Part shown: positions 62,705-64,000 of the stretch, one piece after another
How positions within the stretch are numbered: position 1 is the first letter of the stretch
Layout: every line of letters begins with the position of its first letter
Origin: Botryllus schlosseri
Lineage: Eukaryota
Reading direction: 5' to 3'
DNA: 64,000 bases
Assembly: GCA_051294905.1 (NCBI GenBank)
Contig: CM119372.1
Location: 20,958,001-21,022,000 of the forward strand
The notes under the pieces: model-generated
Databases searched by the model: none
Told to the model about the DNA's origin: nothing
Seen by the model: the letters and a program-made list of their open reading frames with translations, nothing else
Made by a program: the position numbers and the translations under genes

Positions 62705-63850
62705 CGAGGAAACGTAGTGGTACGTTCCATTATAGCTAAACACCAATGAATTGCGGGTTCGAGCGTGACACGTCGACTCCATAATTCCTACCGAAGTGTT
62801 GGCCGTTTATCTAGGCTCCTCCTCGCCATCTGATTCGCATAGCCATGTCTTAAAAAGCCTAGGAGTGGGCCGTGCTGTAAGTGGGCAGATGGTTGCCGAT
62901 GCACCCGGCACTTGGTGAATTCGGCCGCACAAACTCGGCACTTGGTGAATGCGGCCCTCGGGAAATTTTGAAATGAAGTGTATTTACAGCTATTAATATG
63001 AATTATCAAACTAATAATAGTATCATCAAGTGATTCGTCAATCTTGTAAGGAGGTCAGGGCATCCGTAGATCGCGCAGTCACGGCGTGATTAGATCACGG
63101 ATCGCGTAGCCACGGGAAATAACACAGCGCTCATATACCGACCACGCGCGGTCTGCTTGGAATCGATGGCGTGAGTCACGGGCCTGTGTCGTGTAAGTTT
63201 TGAGAAGATGGATCTTGGCGTTGTATGTGAGATCAAAACTGTGGAACATCAAGCGGCGCTTCTTCGTTTATCGATCACGACAAGCCAGTGTTCCTCATCA
63301 ACAAATGTTTCGCATGATCACGTCAAAATAAATTATTTTTTGCCTTTGGAGAAACGATTCCACTCTGGGATTAGGGTGTCTCGATAACACGGTTGAAGGA
63401 TCCCAAGATTACGAGATCTACCACGAGCCACGACACGTTTAAATTTCCTTTTTGATACTGTTCATTCATACTAAATGCATTTCTAATGCGAAGGTGTTCT
63501 AGTGCCAATTCCTCCAAGGGCCGAGTTCACCAAGTGAAGAGCGTCGCGTTATTTCCCGCAATTACGCAATCAGTGATCTAATCACGCCGTGACTGTGTGA
63601 TCTACGCATGCCCTGACCGCCGTACAACATTGACAACCACTCAAAGTGCCAAGTTCACCGGCAAACATTCCAGTAACCAATCATGGTGACCGGTACCGCT
63701 ACGAGATCTACCACGGCCGAATTCACCAAGTGCCGAGTTCACTGGTAATCGGGCAGATACGGAATAATAATAATAAGAACCGGCCTGGTGTAAAATGACC
63801 AGTGTAGTCAAACCACCACCATGAACACCACAAACAAACAAATAAACATC
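62705..63850 (+). mobile_element. tRNA-derived SINE split by a MITE
   Basis: Head 62705-62890 (CGTAGTGG, GGTTCGAG) and tail 63759-63850 together match the SINE at 26020-26310. Confidence 0.8.
62891..63750. mobile_element. TIR element (possibly Mutator-like) inserted in the SINE
   Basis: Imperfect TIRs with CGGCACTTGGTGAA repeats. Exact 8-bp TSD GGGCAGAT. Second internal inverted pair at about 63050-63130 and 63540-63620. Confidence 0.82.
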
Positions 63851-64000
63851 TAACAAGGAAAAGAAATTACCTTTGCAGCCTTTGACAAACACAGTTACCA
63901 TTGAAACCAGCAATTAAGGTCTTATTCGAAAGCAGAATAACAACTGTTTTAGTGGACATATCAAATCAAATGTTGGAAAGTTCATGTAAAATAGCCCAAA

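Larger units (their letters stand above)
59920..63943 (-). ncRNA. Possible spliced non-coding or short-ORF transcript (exons 63871-63943, 62467-62622, 60981-61166, about 59920-60090)
   Basis: Plausible acceptor and donor pairs in otherwise unique sequence, and ATTAAA near the end. Stops in all frames. Splice-site inference only. Confidence 0.3.

Overview
This is AT-rich (roughly 40% GC by eye) eukaryotic genomic DNA from an animal. An invertebrate such as a tunicate is plausible from the repeat landscape but is not established. No prokaryotic features are present (no CRISPR, rRNA or operons). The main host feature is a multi-exon minus-strand gene reconstructed by hand from GT-AG sites: ATG at 52237, extending to about 23951 or 11557. 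All its introns are phase 1. It encodes a predicted secreted protein: signal peptide, Thr/Ser mucin stalk, Ly6/uPAR (three-finger) domain, acidic linker, then 5-6 EGF-like domains. Its introns and flanks are filled with nested transposons: many hAT elements and MITEs with exact 8-bp TSDs, a PIF/Harbinger, a Chapaev3, a pogo-like element, a Mutator-like MITE, foldback MITEs, CR1/L2-type and RNase-H LINEs, and tRNA-derived SINEs. The most unusual element is a very young Copia LTR retrotransposon with identical 206-bp LTRs. It keeps Gag and protease, lacks integrase and RNase H, carries a decayed but still open RT, and is interrupted by a LINE. A possible spliced non-coding transcript lies at the right end. 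Most entries in the ORF track are spurious.
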